From: Bacteroidales bacterium
Lineage (GTDB): Bacteria > Bacteroidota > Bacteroidia > Bacteroidales > VadinHA17
Direction of reading: 5' to 3'
DNA length: 64,000 nt
NCBI GenBank assembly: GCA_029974835.1
Contig: JARKQN010000089.1
Coordinates: 4,499-68,498, forward strand
Positions 30,262 to 40,019 of this stretch are shown here, in pieces. The notes below the pieces were generated by a model that saw nothing but the letters and a program-made list of their open reading frames with translations, was not told the origin of the DNA and searched no databases. The number at the start of each line of letters is the position of its first letter. Within the stretch, counting starts at the first letter, position 1. The position numbers and the translations under genes are program-made.

Positions 30262-31794
30262 TTATATCCAGAGCTTATCGTATGTTCTTCCCGGATTATC
30301 CCATTCGGGCGTAGCGTCGAAATATACGGCTCCTTTTGTCATTCTTGCCTTTAGGTTCTCGTCGTTAAGCTCGATTCCGAGTCCGGGAGCATCGAGAGGT
30401 ACGTTTGCAAACCCCTTGGTGATCATAGGCTGTGAGCCGGTCATTTTCACGAGGCCTTCCCACCACGGGTTATCGGTATTATGATGTTCAAGAGCCAGGA
30501 AGTTTTCGGTGGCGGCGGCACAATGAACGTTAGCCATGAAGGCGACGGGTGTGCTGTTTGCATGGAGGGCCATTGCTATGCCGGCCTCTTCGGCATAGTC
30601 GCCTATTTTCTTGGTTTCAAGAATTCCTCCTGCGCTTACAAGGTCGGGGTGAATTATATCGACAGCCTGTGAGTCGATCAGTTTCTTAAATCCGCCGAGC
30701 ATGCCTCCGAGCATATAAATATCCTCACCGGTGCAGATGGGTGTTTCAAGGGCATCCTTGATGGATTTGAGCTGGTCGGTATAATACCAAGCGACGCAAT
30801 CCTCGAGCCAGGCAAGCCTGTATTTTTCGACCGCGCGGCCGATACGTATAATCTGGTTCATGTCCATATGTCCGAAATGGTCTACGGAAAGAGGGACCTC
30901 AGTGCCAACGACATTTCTTACATCCTCAACTACCTTTACAATTTCTTCAATGCCCTTGTCGGTAACCTGAACCTGTGTGAAAGGATGGTCGAGTTTCCAG
31001 TAATCGAGATATCCGCCGTTTGCATAACCGCGTCCCATGTACCAGTTATTAATGCCTCCGCCGTTCTGGTCCCAGTATTTGTAATTTACTATTCCCTGTT
31101 CCTTGTTACTGATTTGATGGATTCCCAGGTCCATTTTGAGCCATGTGAAGCCCTGTTCGGTCAGGCGCTTTTTCAGCATATCCATCTGCACTTTAGGATC
31201 CCTGGCTTCAGGTGTATCTGCATAGAGCCGGATTTTGTCGCGGTATCTGCCGCCGAGGAGCTGCCAGACCGGAACACCCAGTGCTTTTCCGCACAGGTCC
31301 CAGCAGGCCATTTCAACGGCGCTCACCCCGCAACCCTGGCGGCCATGAAAGCCGAACTGTTTAATCACCTTGAATATCATTTCGACATTACAGGGATTCA
31401 GTCCTACTATTTTGCTTTTAAGAAACAGAGCCAGACGCTGGTCGGAGCCATCCCTGATATCGCCGATACCGTAAATGCCCTGGTTGGTGTCGATACGGAT
31501 AATGCGGTTCGCCATAGTTCCCCTGTTGCCTTTTTCGGCCACACGGAGATCAGTAATTTTAAGGTCGGAAGGACTTGAGGCCCTGGATACTTTCTGGGTT
31601 GTCTGGGCAATAGTGTCTTCTATTGAAAGATGGACAAGACCTCCCAGAGCAATACCACCCAGGGCGGCTTTTTTCAGGAAATTCCTGCGGTCATTCGGTG
31701 TGGCGGGGTTGGCTATTTCCGCATCTATGGCAGCCCTTTGAGCCCGTTCTTCTTTTCTTGTTTTTTCACCAATTTCTTTAAGAATGTTTTTCAT
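30262..31794 (-). CDS. Enolase-superfamily (mandelate racemase/muconate lactonizing enzyme family) protein with a twin-arginine export signal
   Basis: 510 aa. The Tat-like motif DRRNFLKKAALGGIALGGL is present. Candidate metal ligand motifs are WLKMDLG, LAWLEDC and CTGEDIY, together with IIHPDL and MALHANS, as in acid-sugar dehydratase subgroups. Confidence 0.75.
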   Translation of the reverse strand: MKNILKEIGEKTRKEERAQRAAIDAEIANPATPNDRRNFLKKAALGGIALGGLVHLSIEDTIAQTTQKVSRASSPSDLKITDLRVAEKGNRGTMANRIIRIDTNQGIYGIGDIRDGSDQRLALFLKSKIVGLNPCNVEMIFKVIKQFGFHGRQGCGVSAVEMACWDLCGKALGVPVWQLLGGRYRDKIRLYADTPEARDPKVQMDMLKKRLTEQGFTWLKMDLGIHQISNKEQGIVNYKYWDQNGGGINNWYMGRGYANGGYLDYWKLDHPFTQVQVTDKGIEEIVKVVEDVRNVVGTEVPLSVDHFGHMDMNQIIRIGRAVEKYRLAWLEDCVAWYYTDQLKSIKDALETPICTGEDIYMLGGMLGGFKKLIDSQAVDIIHPDLVSAGGILETKKIGDYAEEAGIAMALHANSTPVAFMANVHCAAATENFLALEHHNTDNPWWEGLVKMTGSQPMITKGFANVPLDAPGLGIELNDENLKARMTKGAVYFDATPEWDNPGRTYDKLWI

Positions 31795-31831
31795 GGTTGT
31801 TAGATTAATTTGGGTTAAAATGATGAGGGGT

Positions 31832-32764
31832 TTACCAGTTTCTCTCTCTCATGTACCTCTCGAACTGTTCGGGGGTCATAGGAAGGGTACCGTGGTATTT
31901 TTTGACAAATTCAAGGAAATCCTTTTTGATTTCTTCTGACCACTGACTATCTATCTGGCCAGGGGTGTACCTGCCTTCCTTCAGGCGGGCCCATCCGAAT
32001 TCGTCGCGTATCTGTGTTACTTCGGAGGTCACGACCACCTCTTCCAGAAGATGGGCAGGGATAAAGAGCACGCCATGGCTTTTGGCCAGTACGGCATCGC
32101 CAGGCAGCACTGTTGCATGACCGATGCGTATAGGAGTGTTTATAGAGGTAAGCATCATCTTCTGGAGGAATGACGCATCAATTCCTTTCGACCAGCTGTT
32201 GAAGCCATCTATCATTTTCAAGCCTTCAGGATCCCGGACTGTACCGTAAACGATTACTCCCCTTTTGGATTTGGCATAAATTGCGTTTCCGAGATTATCG
32301 CCGAGGATAGGTCCATCCTGCACCTTGCCGTAGGAATCGGCGACATAGACATCTCCGTTTTTAAGAATATCGATTGGCCATGAATTAGTGGGGGGATTTG
32401 ATCTGTTTTCCTTTTTTCCCTGGGCCTTCACCCACTCGTCGAGGTCGGGTCGCAGAGGCATATACTGGGCAGTGACCACCCGGCCGGTCATGGCCTGGTC
32501 GGGAAAGAGGACCGTCCAGTCGCCTTCGAACTGGCATTCGTAGCCTCTGTTACGGAGAACCGACCATGCAGCTTCGATGGGAACTTTCTTAAGTCGTTCG
32601 AGGAGGTCATCCGGAACTTTTGGCCGCCCGTCGTCAAAGCGTTCACCCTTCCACTGGTAAGTAATGGCTTTGATATATTCAGGAGGGGCCCCCACATTCT
32701 GGGCAAATGCAGTAATACTTAGTATTAAAAGGAAACCGATAATTACAGGCTTGTTTGGTTTCAT
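31832..32764 (-). CDS. Secreted RraA-like / HMG-aldolase-fold protein (paralog 1)
   Basis: 310 aa with signal peptide ILSITAFAQ. It has an N-terminal extension conserved with the ORF at 43674-44729 (W.GERF.DGRPKV.DD...R......EAW). The RraA-type core includes GDNLGN..., GTVRD and ATVLPGDAVLA..HGVLFIPAHL. Confidence 0.65.
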   Translation of the reverse strand: MKPNKPVIIGFLLILSITAFAQNVGAPPEYIKAITYQWKGERFDDGRPKVPDDLLERLKKVPIEAAWSVLRNRGYECQFEGDWTVLFPDQAMTGRVVTAQYMPLRPDLDEWVKAQGKKENRSNPPTNSWPIDILKNGDVYVADSYGKVQDGPILGDNLGNAIYAKSKRGVIVYGTVRDPEGLKMIDGFNSWSKGIDASFLQKMMLTSINTPIRIGHATVLPGDAVLAKSHGVLFIPAHLLEEVVVTSEVTQIRDEFGWARLKEGRYTPGQIDSQWSEEIKKDFLEFVKKYHGTLPMTPEQFERYMRERNW

Positions 32765-32808
32765 AGGTGACGGGAATTATAAAGTTATAATACCAAATAC
32801 TGTTAATT

Positions 32809-32840
32809 AAAAAATAAGGAGCCGTAAAAAACGGCTCCTT
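32809..32840 (-). terminator. Intrinsic terminator/attenuator downstream of susD-like gene 2
   Basis: On the minus strand the sequence reads AAGGAGCCGT-TTTTT-ACGGCTCCTT followed by ATTTTTT. This is a 10-bp stem lying 57 nt after the susD stop. Confidence 0.75.
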
Positions 32841-32896
32841 ATAATTGTTTCATTTTAAAACATGATTACATTGCACAAAATGAATATACCTCAGTG

Positions 32897-34531
32897 TTAC
32901 TGTACATCCCAAAAAACCCTGGTAGTCACAAAATCTCCACCTATTTTGGCCGCAGCAGCTTCAACATTTACTTTATTTCTTCTATATTCAGCATCAGTAT
33001 AACGATATCTGTGAACAAATCCATCCCCTCCGTTTAGCAGAAAATTATCGTTATATTTATTGCGCTCTAACACAGGATAACCGCTTCTTCTCCAGTTATA
33101 CCAGGCTTCCCTGGGGTCCCATATATTGACAACCCAATATTGAGTATTTATAAGTTTAAGTGCATCGGCACTATTCCATGCTACTAACGGGTGAGCAAGA
33201 TAAGTCGCTTTTTCGGCATCAGTAATTTTGGTAGGAAATGGTATAATTGCCGAGCTTAACGTAGTAGTTGCTATTAATTCATACCTGTCCATATCTGCTT
33301 TTATGGCATTTTCGTAATATACCTGAGCTTGTGCATCGCCTCCGGGTATCCATCCTCTAAAGGCAGCTTCGGCAAGATTGAGCGAAACTTGCGAATACAT
33401 AAGCCAGTACTGCGGCGTTAACGTCGACGCACCTGCCTGTACATTCATCTGAGAATAATCCAGCCCGTTGGTTATGGGATGCTTCCCTCTGTATAAACCT
33501 GCATTAGCAGGATCCGTAATCACATCAGCCGGTACTCCTACAGGTACTCCAAACTGATCCGCCCAGTCAAGACTTCCGGTTGCTTTCTGAGGGTTAACAG
33601 CGTCATCAAATTTTGCAATAATATACTTGCTCCTCGGATCTTGGGTATTTTTTAACTGATTTACAAACGGCTCGGCTGCATAATAATAGTACGGATTGGT
33701 TGCGGGATTTACAAGATTAGCGTGTCTTCCGTTTGAAAAATTTGGTGGCGTAAAAGTTACCATTACATTATCATCGTTAGACGTCATTACTCCGGCATTA
33801 AACGCTTCAAGCGCAAGTGCGGCACCTTTTGTCGGATTCAACTTGGAATAACGCAGGGCCATGCGCAACAACAGAGAATTGCCAACCTTTTTCCACTTAG
33901 CCACCTGATCTGCAGCATTCGTTGTTTTATTATAGCCATTTGGTCCAAAGAAAACATCGTATGTCAAGAAATCTTTATTTGGATCTAACGCTGCAACTGC
34001 TTCCCTGATTTCTTTTTCAAGGTCGTTGTAAATTTCCTGAGCATCGTCATATTTGGGCCTCCAATACTCCGGGCCTTCAGCGGCTCTTAATGCATCAAAG
34101 TAGGGAACATCGCCATGTTTGTCAACTATGTTCATATACACAAAGGCTCTCCATATACGGATAACGCTTTTGAGGTTTGTTCTTTCAGGATATTTTTCAT
34201 CAATTATTTCCAGAAGATTTTTAAATGTCATAAGAGTACCTGTATAATTACCCCATTCCGCATTTTGTTGCCCCTGGACATCGTAATTAAAATTAAACCC
34301 TGCTGTAGCGCCCAAATTATATGCAAGCTCAAAATATTGAACTACAGTAGCTTCAGATTCCCAGCCGTTACCTTGCCCGACACGTTGCGATCCGGCAAAA
34401 ACCATTCCGGGATCCAAATCTGTTATGGTATATTTTTGATTTTTAAGTGCTAATTCATCAAAACCCTTGTCGCATCCCACAAATAAAAGCAGGAAAGCAC
34501 TCATGAATGTTATTATCTTAAACTTTTTCAT
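32897..34531 (-). CDS. SusD-like nutrient-binding lipoprotein (SusD-like_2 type)
   Basis: 544 aa located directly downstream of susC-like gene 2. The lipoprotein signal is LLLFVGC, with TPR-like helical SusD features. Confidence 0.8.
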   Translation of the reverse strand: MKKFKIITFMSAFLLLFVGCDKGFDELALKNQKYTITDLDPGMVFAGSQRVGQGNGWESEATVVQYFELAYNLGATAGFNFNYDVQGQQNAEWGNYTGTLMTFKNLLEIIDEKYPERTNLKSVIRIWRAFVYMNIVDKHGDVPYFDALRAAEGPEYWRPKYDDAQEIYNDLEKEIREAVAALDPNKDFLTYDVFFGPNGYNKTTNAADQVAKWKKVGNSLLLRMALRYSKLNPTKGAALALEAFNAGVMTSNDDNVMVTFTPPNFSNGRHANLVNPATNPYYYYAAEPFVNQLKNTQDPRSKYIIAKFDDAVNPQKATGSLDWADQFGVPVGVPADVITDPANAGLYRGKHPITNGLDYSQMNVQAGASTLTPQYWLMYSQVSLNLAEAAFRGWIPGGDAQAQVYYENAIKADMDRYELIATTTLSSAIIPFPTKITDAEKATYLAHPLVAWNSADALKLINTQYWVVNIWDPREAWYNWRRSGYPVLERNKYNDNFLLNGGDGFVHRYRYTDAEYRRNKVNVEAAAAKIGGDFVTTRVFWDVQ

Positions 34532-34558
34532 AGTATTATTTACTTAGGAATTTAACTA

Positions 34559-37500
34559 TTAAAATCTCACATTTAGCCCAAAAGAATAATCACGGGTTAC
34601 TGGTAGTGTCGCGCCTTCATAGCCATTGTCTCCTGTTGTTGATATTTGTTCAGGGTCAACATTGGGTATTACTTTGTAAAGAGTTGCCAGGTTCCTAACT
34701 GATGCTGTAAGTGTTATACCCTTAACAAATCTAAGAAAATTGACTTTACTAACCGCACTTGTCAGGTTATAGCTTAACGAAACGTTCCTTATCTTAATAT
34801 AATCTGTCGAATATATAAATGGATCCCCGATTTGAAGGCTTCGGTAGTCAGTATAAAAGGTTTGTAGGTCGGTAACTACTGATTCATTTTTATCTCCTGC
34901 ATGGTGTGATACCGTTGCACCAGTCACAGGATCAATATGTGTTCCATCATATGCATAAACGCCATCAAATATGAGATAGTGTTTTGCACTTCCGTCTGGG
35001 TTCACCATTGGCTTGCCGTTTTCATCAACGCGACCTATGAGCGACATCTTTGAGAACCCTTGCCTTGTCATATTAAGGTTTGTTGATGAAATTACTTTGC
35101 CTCCTTGTCTGTAAGCTATAAATATGCTGGCTGAAAGATTTTTATAGGTGAATGAATTGTTCCATCCTCCAATGAAAAACGGATTTCCGGAACCAAAACT
35201 GTACATCCCGTTACCATTATTTCCCTCCTTAGGAGCATTTGCATTATTGTATGTTGAAACCAACCTTCCGTTGTTTTGTACCAATTTATTACCCTGGGCA
35301 TCTCTCATATAAGTCCCTACGAATATTTGGCCTTCCCTCTTCCCTACTACATCATACGACATTCCCATAAAAGTGTTGGCACCACCGTTATTCCACCAGT
35401 CGGCTGTTTGTACCATCATAATTGGATTTCCTGATTCATCAACACCTAAAGAAAGCACTTTACTTGACTGCCAGGTATTATTCCACGAAGTGGTCCATCT
35501 AAAATTTCTAGTAACAACCGGATCATATTCAATTAACGATTCAACACCAAAGTATTTTCTCGAACCGACATTGTCAAGGATGGAACCGGTTCCCGACAAA
35601 TTGGAAATTTGAACGCCATATATTTGTTTATCCATGCGCTTTTCATATAGTGCAAGGTCAACATGAAGTCTGTTTTTAAACATCCTCATTTCTAATCCTA
35701 TTTCCTTTTCGGTAACATTATAAGGCGTAAGATTATAATTAACTACCGGAGATGAAAGACTACCTGTTGGAATTCCGTTAAACTGGTTGGCTGCAAGACT
35801 GTATGTAACAAGACCATAGCTATCACTAATGCCGCCTGCGTTACCTACCTGGGTCCACCCACCTCTTAGTTTACCAAAATCAAGCCAGTTCTGCTTTATT
35901 AATTCGGAAAATATAATACTGCCCGATACCGAAGGATAGAATTGATAGGTTCTCTTAACTCTTACCAGGTTCGAGAACCAGTCGGTCCTTCCCGTAACAT
36001 TAAGAAAAAACGTAGAGTTATACGAAATTTCTGCCATTCCGTAAAGCGAATTCGTCCTGCTGATGCTATAAGAAGGATTACCCGGAGTTTTGCTTGTAGC
36101 ATTAGCTATCGAGAAAAAATCACGGACAATAAAACTCGAACCGCTTAAGCTTACCCCATTGTACTCAACCCTGCGAGTGTTTCCACCGAAGTTTGCAATT
36201 GTCGTTAATTTACCGAACCGTTTGTCATAGCCCAATAGAAAATCGGCATCTATGTTTTTTGACCAATTGCTGCCGAAGTTGTAGCTTCCCTTATATGTAC
36301 CGTCAGAATTCTGTGGGTTGCTTGTACCTATACCAGCCGGAGTTTTAGTTTCGTAAGAGGTATTTGATTGGTTGTAGTTGTACCTGCCCTGAATATACAG
36401 CCAGTCAGTGAAATCGTAGCGTAATGTGGTGGTTGCCAATAGATTATTTCCATCACGAATATTACTATAACCTGCTAACACAGCATAATATGGGTTCAGA
36501 AGCGTACCCTGAAAGCCCGAAGTTACCCTTTCGGTACCTGTTACCGGGTTGATTGAATTTTGACCTTGGAATTTTGATAACGGAATACACAAGGACATAC
36601 GGGTAAGGAAGTTCATTGAACCAAAGCCCTGTCCCCCTGTATTCGGTGGATTGATGCGTCGCTCTTTGGCATAGTTAGCACTCAAAGAAAACTTGAGTTT
36701 TGGTAAAATTTGATGATTAAGATTAAGGTTCACGACGTCTCTCTTGTACTCGTTGTCCGGTTCAAGACCTTTCTCAGAAGCATTCGAATAAGAAAACCTG
36801 AACCTGTTTTTCGGGTCACTCCCACCAGTACTACCTGAAAATGCTACAGTATTCGTTAACATTTGTCCTAATCTGTAGTACTCTTTAATCCTTGGTCCAA
36901 CATATGAATAAGGAATTTCGGTTCCATCAAAAATAGGATATGGTTGTCCATCATACGGAGCACCCCACATAAACTGAGCGTTACCTGTTGAAGCTCCCAC
37001 AGTAGTAGGTTTTTTCCCACCACTTCCCTGTCCAAATAATTTCTGGAAATCGTAGTAATCCAGCATTCTTTGTGCCTGAAAGTTTGAAGTAAACTCAAGA
37101 CCGATTCCCTGTCCTGCCCCCGATTTTGTAGTAATAAGTATAGCACCGTTTGTCGCACGCGAACCGTATAGAGCTGCTGCAGTAGCCCCCCTTAATACTA
37201 CCATCTCTTCAATATCATCAGGATTAAGGCGGTTTAAATCATTACCATAGTCTCGGCCAATGCCACTATTACCTCCGCCTGCCGTACCCATAGGAAGGCC
37301 GTTAATAACAAGAAGTGGATTACCACTTCCGCGCAATTCAATAGCCACACTGGAGCCAGCTCCGGAGGTAGGTACATTGATGTTCAACCCTGCAATCCTG
37401 CCATCGAGCGATTGCGCTAAATTAAGTGCCCTGTTTTCCATTAAAACGTTATTGTTTACAGTTGCAACCGCATAACCAAGACTCTTTGATTCTCTTGAAA

Positions 37501-37831
37501 TACCAAGTGCGGTCACAACCACCTCCTCCAATCCTATAGTTGATTCTTCCAGGGAAATGGCTATGTTGGATTGTGTTCCAACCGGAATTTCCTTGGTTTT
37601 AAAACCGATGAAGGAGAATTGTAAAACTGCCTGTTCGTTTGGTACAGCGATGGAAAACCTTCCGTTGACATCGGTGACAACACCGGAAGTAGTCCCCTTA
37701 ATCAGCACAGTTACACCTGCAATAGGCGTATTGTCCGCAGCGGCAGTTACAACTCCCGTAACTGTCCGTTGAGCAAATGCGGCTTGCAGTGCAAATAGCA
37801 CACATACAAGCAATGTTGTAAGTTTTCTCAT
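34559..37831 (-). CDS. SusC/RagA-family TonB-dependent outer membrane transporter
   Basis: 1090 aa with N-domain VTGVVTAAADNTPIAGVTVLIKGT. Plug motifs are EEVVVTALGISRESKSLGY and VLRGATAAALYGSRATNGAILITTK. The C-terminus ends ...GLNVRF. Confidence 0.92.
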   Translation of the reverse strand: MRKLTTLLVCVLFALQAAFAQRTVTGVVTAAADNTPIAGVTVLIKGTTSGVVTDVNGRFSIAVPNEQAVLQFSFIGFKTKEIPVGTQSNIAISLEESTIGLEEVVVTALGISRESKSLGYAVATVNNNVLMENRALNLAQSLDGRIAGLNINVPTSGAGSSVAIELRGSGNPLLVINGLPMGTAGGGNSGIGRDYGNDLNRLNPDDIEEMVVLRGATAAALYGSRATNGAILITTKSGAGQGIGLEFTSNFQAQRMLDYYDFQKLFGQGSGGKKPTTVGASTGNAQFMWGAPYDGQPYPIFDGTEIPYSYVGPRIKEYYRLGQMLTNTVAFSGSTGGSDPKNRFRFSYSNASEKGLEPDNEYKRDVVNLNLNHQILPKLKFSLSANYAKERRINPPNTGGQGFGSMNFLTRMSLCIPLSKFQGQNSINPVTGTERVTSGFQGTLLNPYYAVLAGYSNIRDGNNLLATTTLRYDFTDWLYIQGRYNYNQSNTSYETKTPAGIGTSNPQNSDGTYKGSYNFGSNWSKNIDADFLLGYDKRFGKLTTIANFGGNTRRVEYNGVSLSGSSFIVRDFFSIANATSKTPGNPSYSISRTNSLYGMAEISYNSTFFLNVTGRTDWFSNLVRVKRTYQFYPSVSGSIIFSELIKQNWLDFGKLRGGWTQVGNAGGISDSYGLVTYSLAANQFNGIPTGSLSSPVVNYNLTPYNVTEKEIGLEMRMFKNRLHVDLALYEKRMDKQIYGVQISNLSGTGSILDNVGSRKYFGVESLIEYDPVVTRNFRWTTSWNNTWQSSKVLSLGVDESGNPIMMVQTADWWNNGGANTFMGMSYDVVGKREGQIFVGTYMRDAQGNKLVQNNGRLVSTYNNANAPKEGNNGNGMYSFGSGNPFFIGGWNNSFTYKNLSASIFIAYRQGGKVISSTNLNMTRQGFSKMSLIGRVDENGKPMVNPDGSAKHYLIFDGVYAYDGTHIDPVTGATVSHHAGDKNESVVTDLQTFYTDYRSLQIGDPFIYSTDYIKIRNVSLSYNLTSAVSKVNFLRFVKGITLTASVRNLATLYKVIPNVDPEQISTTGDNGYEGATLPVTRDYSFGLNVRF

Positions 37832-37983
37832 AGATAATGGGTTAGGTTAGTAATAAAAAATTTAATTAAAAGTACTAAAATTTAAAGTTAAGGTCAATAT
37901 TTAATATGTTAAAAATAATTTATAAAAACCTGAATAAGATATAAATATCTTTCAAAAACGTTTAAAAATCATTCAAAAGTGCA

Positions 37984-39042
37984 TCAGCGAACGACTCTGG
38001 CGCTGCCGCCCTTCATTACCTTCTCGGCCTCGGCCCTGGTTGCCCAGTTCCAATCGCCCATGAACCCATGGCAGAGAGCTGAGTAAGCGGCAGAGAACTC
38101 AATCATTTCCTGCGGATCCTTACCTTCAAGCATGCCGGCTATAAGGGCTGAAGCAAAACTGTCGCCTCCGCCTGTCCTGTCGAGTATTTCAAGGTTTTCA
38201 TATTTCCTTGATGTATAGAACTTCCCGTTGTAAAGCATGACCGTCTGCCAGTCGTTCAGCAGTGCAGTTTTTACATGCCTGAGGGTGGTTCCGACAACCT
38301 GAACATTCGGATATTGTCTTACGACCTCAAGGGCTACTTTTCGGTAGCCTTCAGGATCAAGATCGGAATAGGATTCCGTAGCGCCTTCAGTCTTAATGCC
38401 CAGCATCTTTTCAAAATCTTCCTCATTACCAATGATAACATCGATGTAAGGCATCACTTTTTTCATTGTCTCCCTGGCTTTTTCGGACGACCAGAGAGTT
38501 GACCGGAAGTTGAGATCAAAACTCGTTGTAACGCCGAGCTTTTTGGCTGTTTTCAATGAGGTAATAGCTTCATTGGCAGCATTTTCTGATATTGCTGTGG
38601 TGATTCCGGTGGTATGGAACCAGCGGGTCTGGCTCAGGGTTTTTTCCCAGTCGATATCGCCCGGCTGTATTAGGCTGATAGCAGAGTGGGCCCTGTCGTA
38701 CATTTGTTTGCTGGCCCTTGGGCCTATTCCTACTTCGAGGTAACAAAGGCCGTTGCGGACAGTTCCTTTTCCGTCGAAAGGCACAAGGATGACTCCGGAC
38801 ATATCGACACCGTGTTCCCTGCCCTTGTTTATTATATACTGCCCCGACCAGATATCAACAAGTTTTGATACCCATGCAGTCTTATGGCCCAGGCGGGATG
38901 TGTTTACTGAAACATTTAATTCTGCTGCTGCAATGGCAATAAGCAGATACGACGATTGTTCGAGCCTGGCATGATCAGGTGCTGTGAACCTTATCATAGC
39001 CTCGCCGAAACCAATAAGATCATACTTTTTTTCGGTACTCAT
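37984..39042 (-). CDS. PfkB-family sugar(-acid) kinase, 2-dehydro-3-deoxygluconokinase-like
   Basis: 352 aa with IGFGEAMIRF at the N-terminus and DRTGGGDSFASALIAG (PfkB signature 2) near the C-terminus. Confidence 0.75.
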   Translation of the reverse strand: MSTEKKYDLIGFGEAMIRFTAPDHARLEQSSYLLIAIAAAELNVSVNTSRLGHKTAWVSKLVDIWSGQYIINKGREHGVDMSGVILVPFDGKGTVRNGLCYLEVGIGPRASKQMYDRAHSAISLIQPGDIDWEKTLSQTRWFHTTGITTAISENAANEAITSLKTAKKLGVTTSFDLNFRSTLWSSEKARETMKKVMPYIDVIIGNEEDFEKMLGIKTEGATESYSDLDPEGYRKVALEVVRQYPNVQVVGTTLRHVKTALLNDWQTVMLYNGKFYTSRKYENLEILDRTGGGDSFASALIAGMLEGKDPQEMIEFSAAYSALCHGFMGDWNWATRAEAEKVMKGGSARVVR

Positions 39043-39053
39043 ATTTTAAAGTG

Positions 39054-40019
39054 TTAGAGATTAAGACCTTTCCTGTTGAAAATTGACTTTGGCATTCTGC
39101 CTTCGAGATAATCCACGATACCCTGTGCTGCTTCGCAGGCGACCCGAACTGTGCATTCGTTTGTAAGAGCAGCGCTGTGCGGGCTCACAATTGTTTTTGG
39201 GTTTTTAAGAAACAGTTCATCATCGAGAGGCGGCTCATTGGCGAGCACGTCAAAACCGGCACCAGCAAGTCTGCCCTCATCGAGCATTTTGCACACGTAC
39301 GCTTCGTCGACAATGTTTCCGCGGGCTGTATTTACAAGGTATGCCGAAGGTTTCATTAAAGAAAGAAGGTTTTCTCCCACATGGTTCCTGGTTTCGTCGG
39401 TCATAGGTACATGCAGCGACACTATATCTGCTTCCTGGTAGACTTTCCGTTCGTCGGTATATCGGATCACCCCGGGAGCTATCACATCGTCACTTATGTA
39501 TGGATCGTATATTATCACCTTCATATTGAAGGCGGCCATGCATTTTCTGGCAACCTGCTTTCCGATTCTTCCATATCCGATAATACCAAGGGTTTTACCG
39601 TCGAGGTCAACCGGCAGGTAATATCTTCTTGCAACCTTGAACTTACCCTTTCTTGTTTCGGAATCAAGGAAAAGAAGGTGTTTTGTCAGGGCGCCGATGA
39701 GTGCAACAGTATGTTCGGCAACGGTTACGGTGTTGGCGTCAGGGGTATGGAGAACAAGGATGCCTCTTTCGGTGGCGGCAGGAACATCCACGTTATCAAC
39801 TCCTGTGCCTGTACGGCTTATCACTTTAAGATTTGGGGCCGAATCCATCAGCTCTCCCGTGAACTTAATGGTAGTATCGAGCATTATGGCGGTGATGTCG
39901 TGAAGGGCCTTTTTGATTTCCTCATGATCACCTGAAGGGATATAGACCACTTCGGCAGCCTTCCTCAGGATATTAAGCGCATCAGGGCTTACTTTCTCAT
40001 TTACGATTACTTTTTTCAT
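39054..40019 (-). CDS. D-isomer-specific 2-hydroxyacid dehydrogenase family protein
   Basis: 321 aa with the NAD-binding GIIGYGRIGKQVA motif and a catalytic-region pattern NTARG..VDE...H. It overlaps the upstream gene by 4 nt (ATGA). Confidence 0.8.
   Translation of the reverse strand: MKKVIVNEKVSPDALNILRKAAEVVYIPSGDHEEIKKALHDITAIMLDTTIKFTGELMDSAPNLKVISRTGTGVDNVDVPAATERGILVLHTPDANTVTVAEHTVALIGALTKHLLFLDSETRKGKFKVARRYYLPVDLDGKTLGIIGYGRIGKQVARKCMAAFNMKVIIYDPYISDDVIAPGVIRYTDERKVYQEADIVSLHVPMTDETRNHVGENLLSLMKPSAYLVNTARGNIVDEAYVCKMLDEGRLAGAGFDVLANEPPLDDELFLKNPKTIVSPHSAALTNECTVRVACEAAQGIVDYLEGRMPKSIFNRKGLNL

Noticed and set aside
30868-31578. Long antisense ORFs opposite well-supported genes. Examples are 236 aa at 30868-31578, 184 aa at 39381-39935, 188 aa at 53731-54297, and 140/156 aa at 62425-63236.
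   Set aside because: Each lies entirely inside a gene with clear family motifs on the other strand. They have low-complexity or odd composition and no recognisable motifs, so they are shadow ORFs. The ones at 62425-63236 are antisense to the open SusD frame that starts at 62409.
37951-37966. AAACGTTT palindrome upstream of susC-like gene 2, considered as a second LacI-type operator.
   Set aside because: Only the 8-bp core is symmetric and the outer TG/CA positions do not match. This is too weak in AT-rich DNA.
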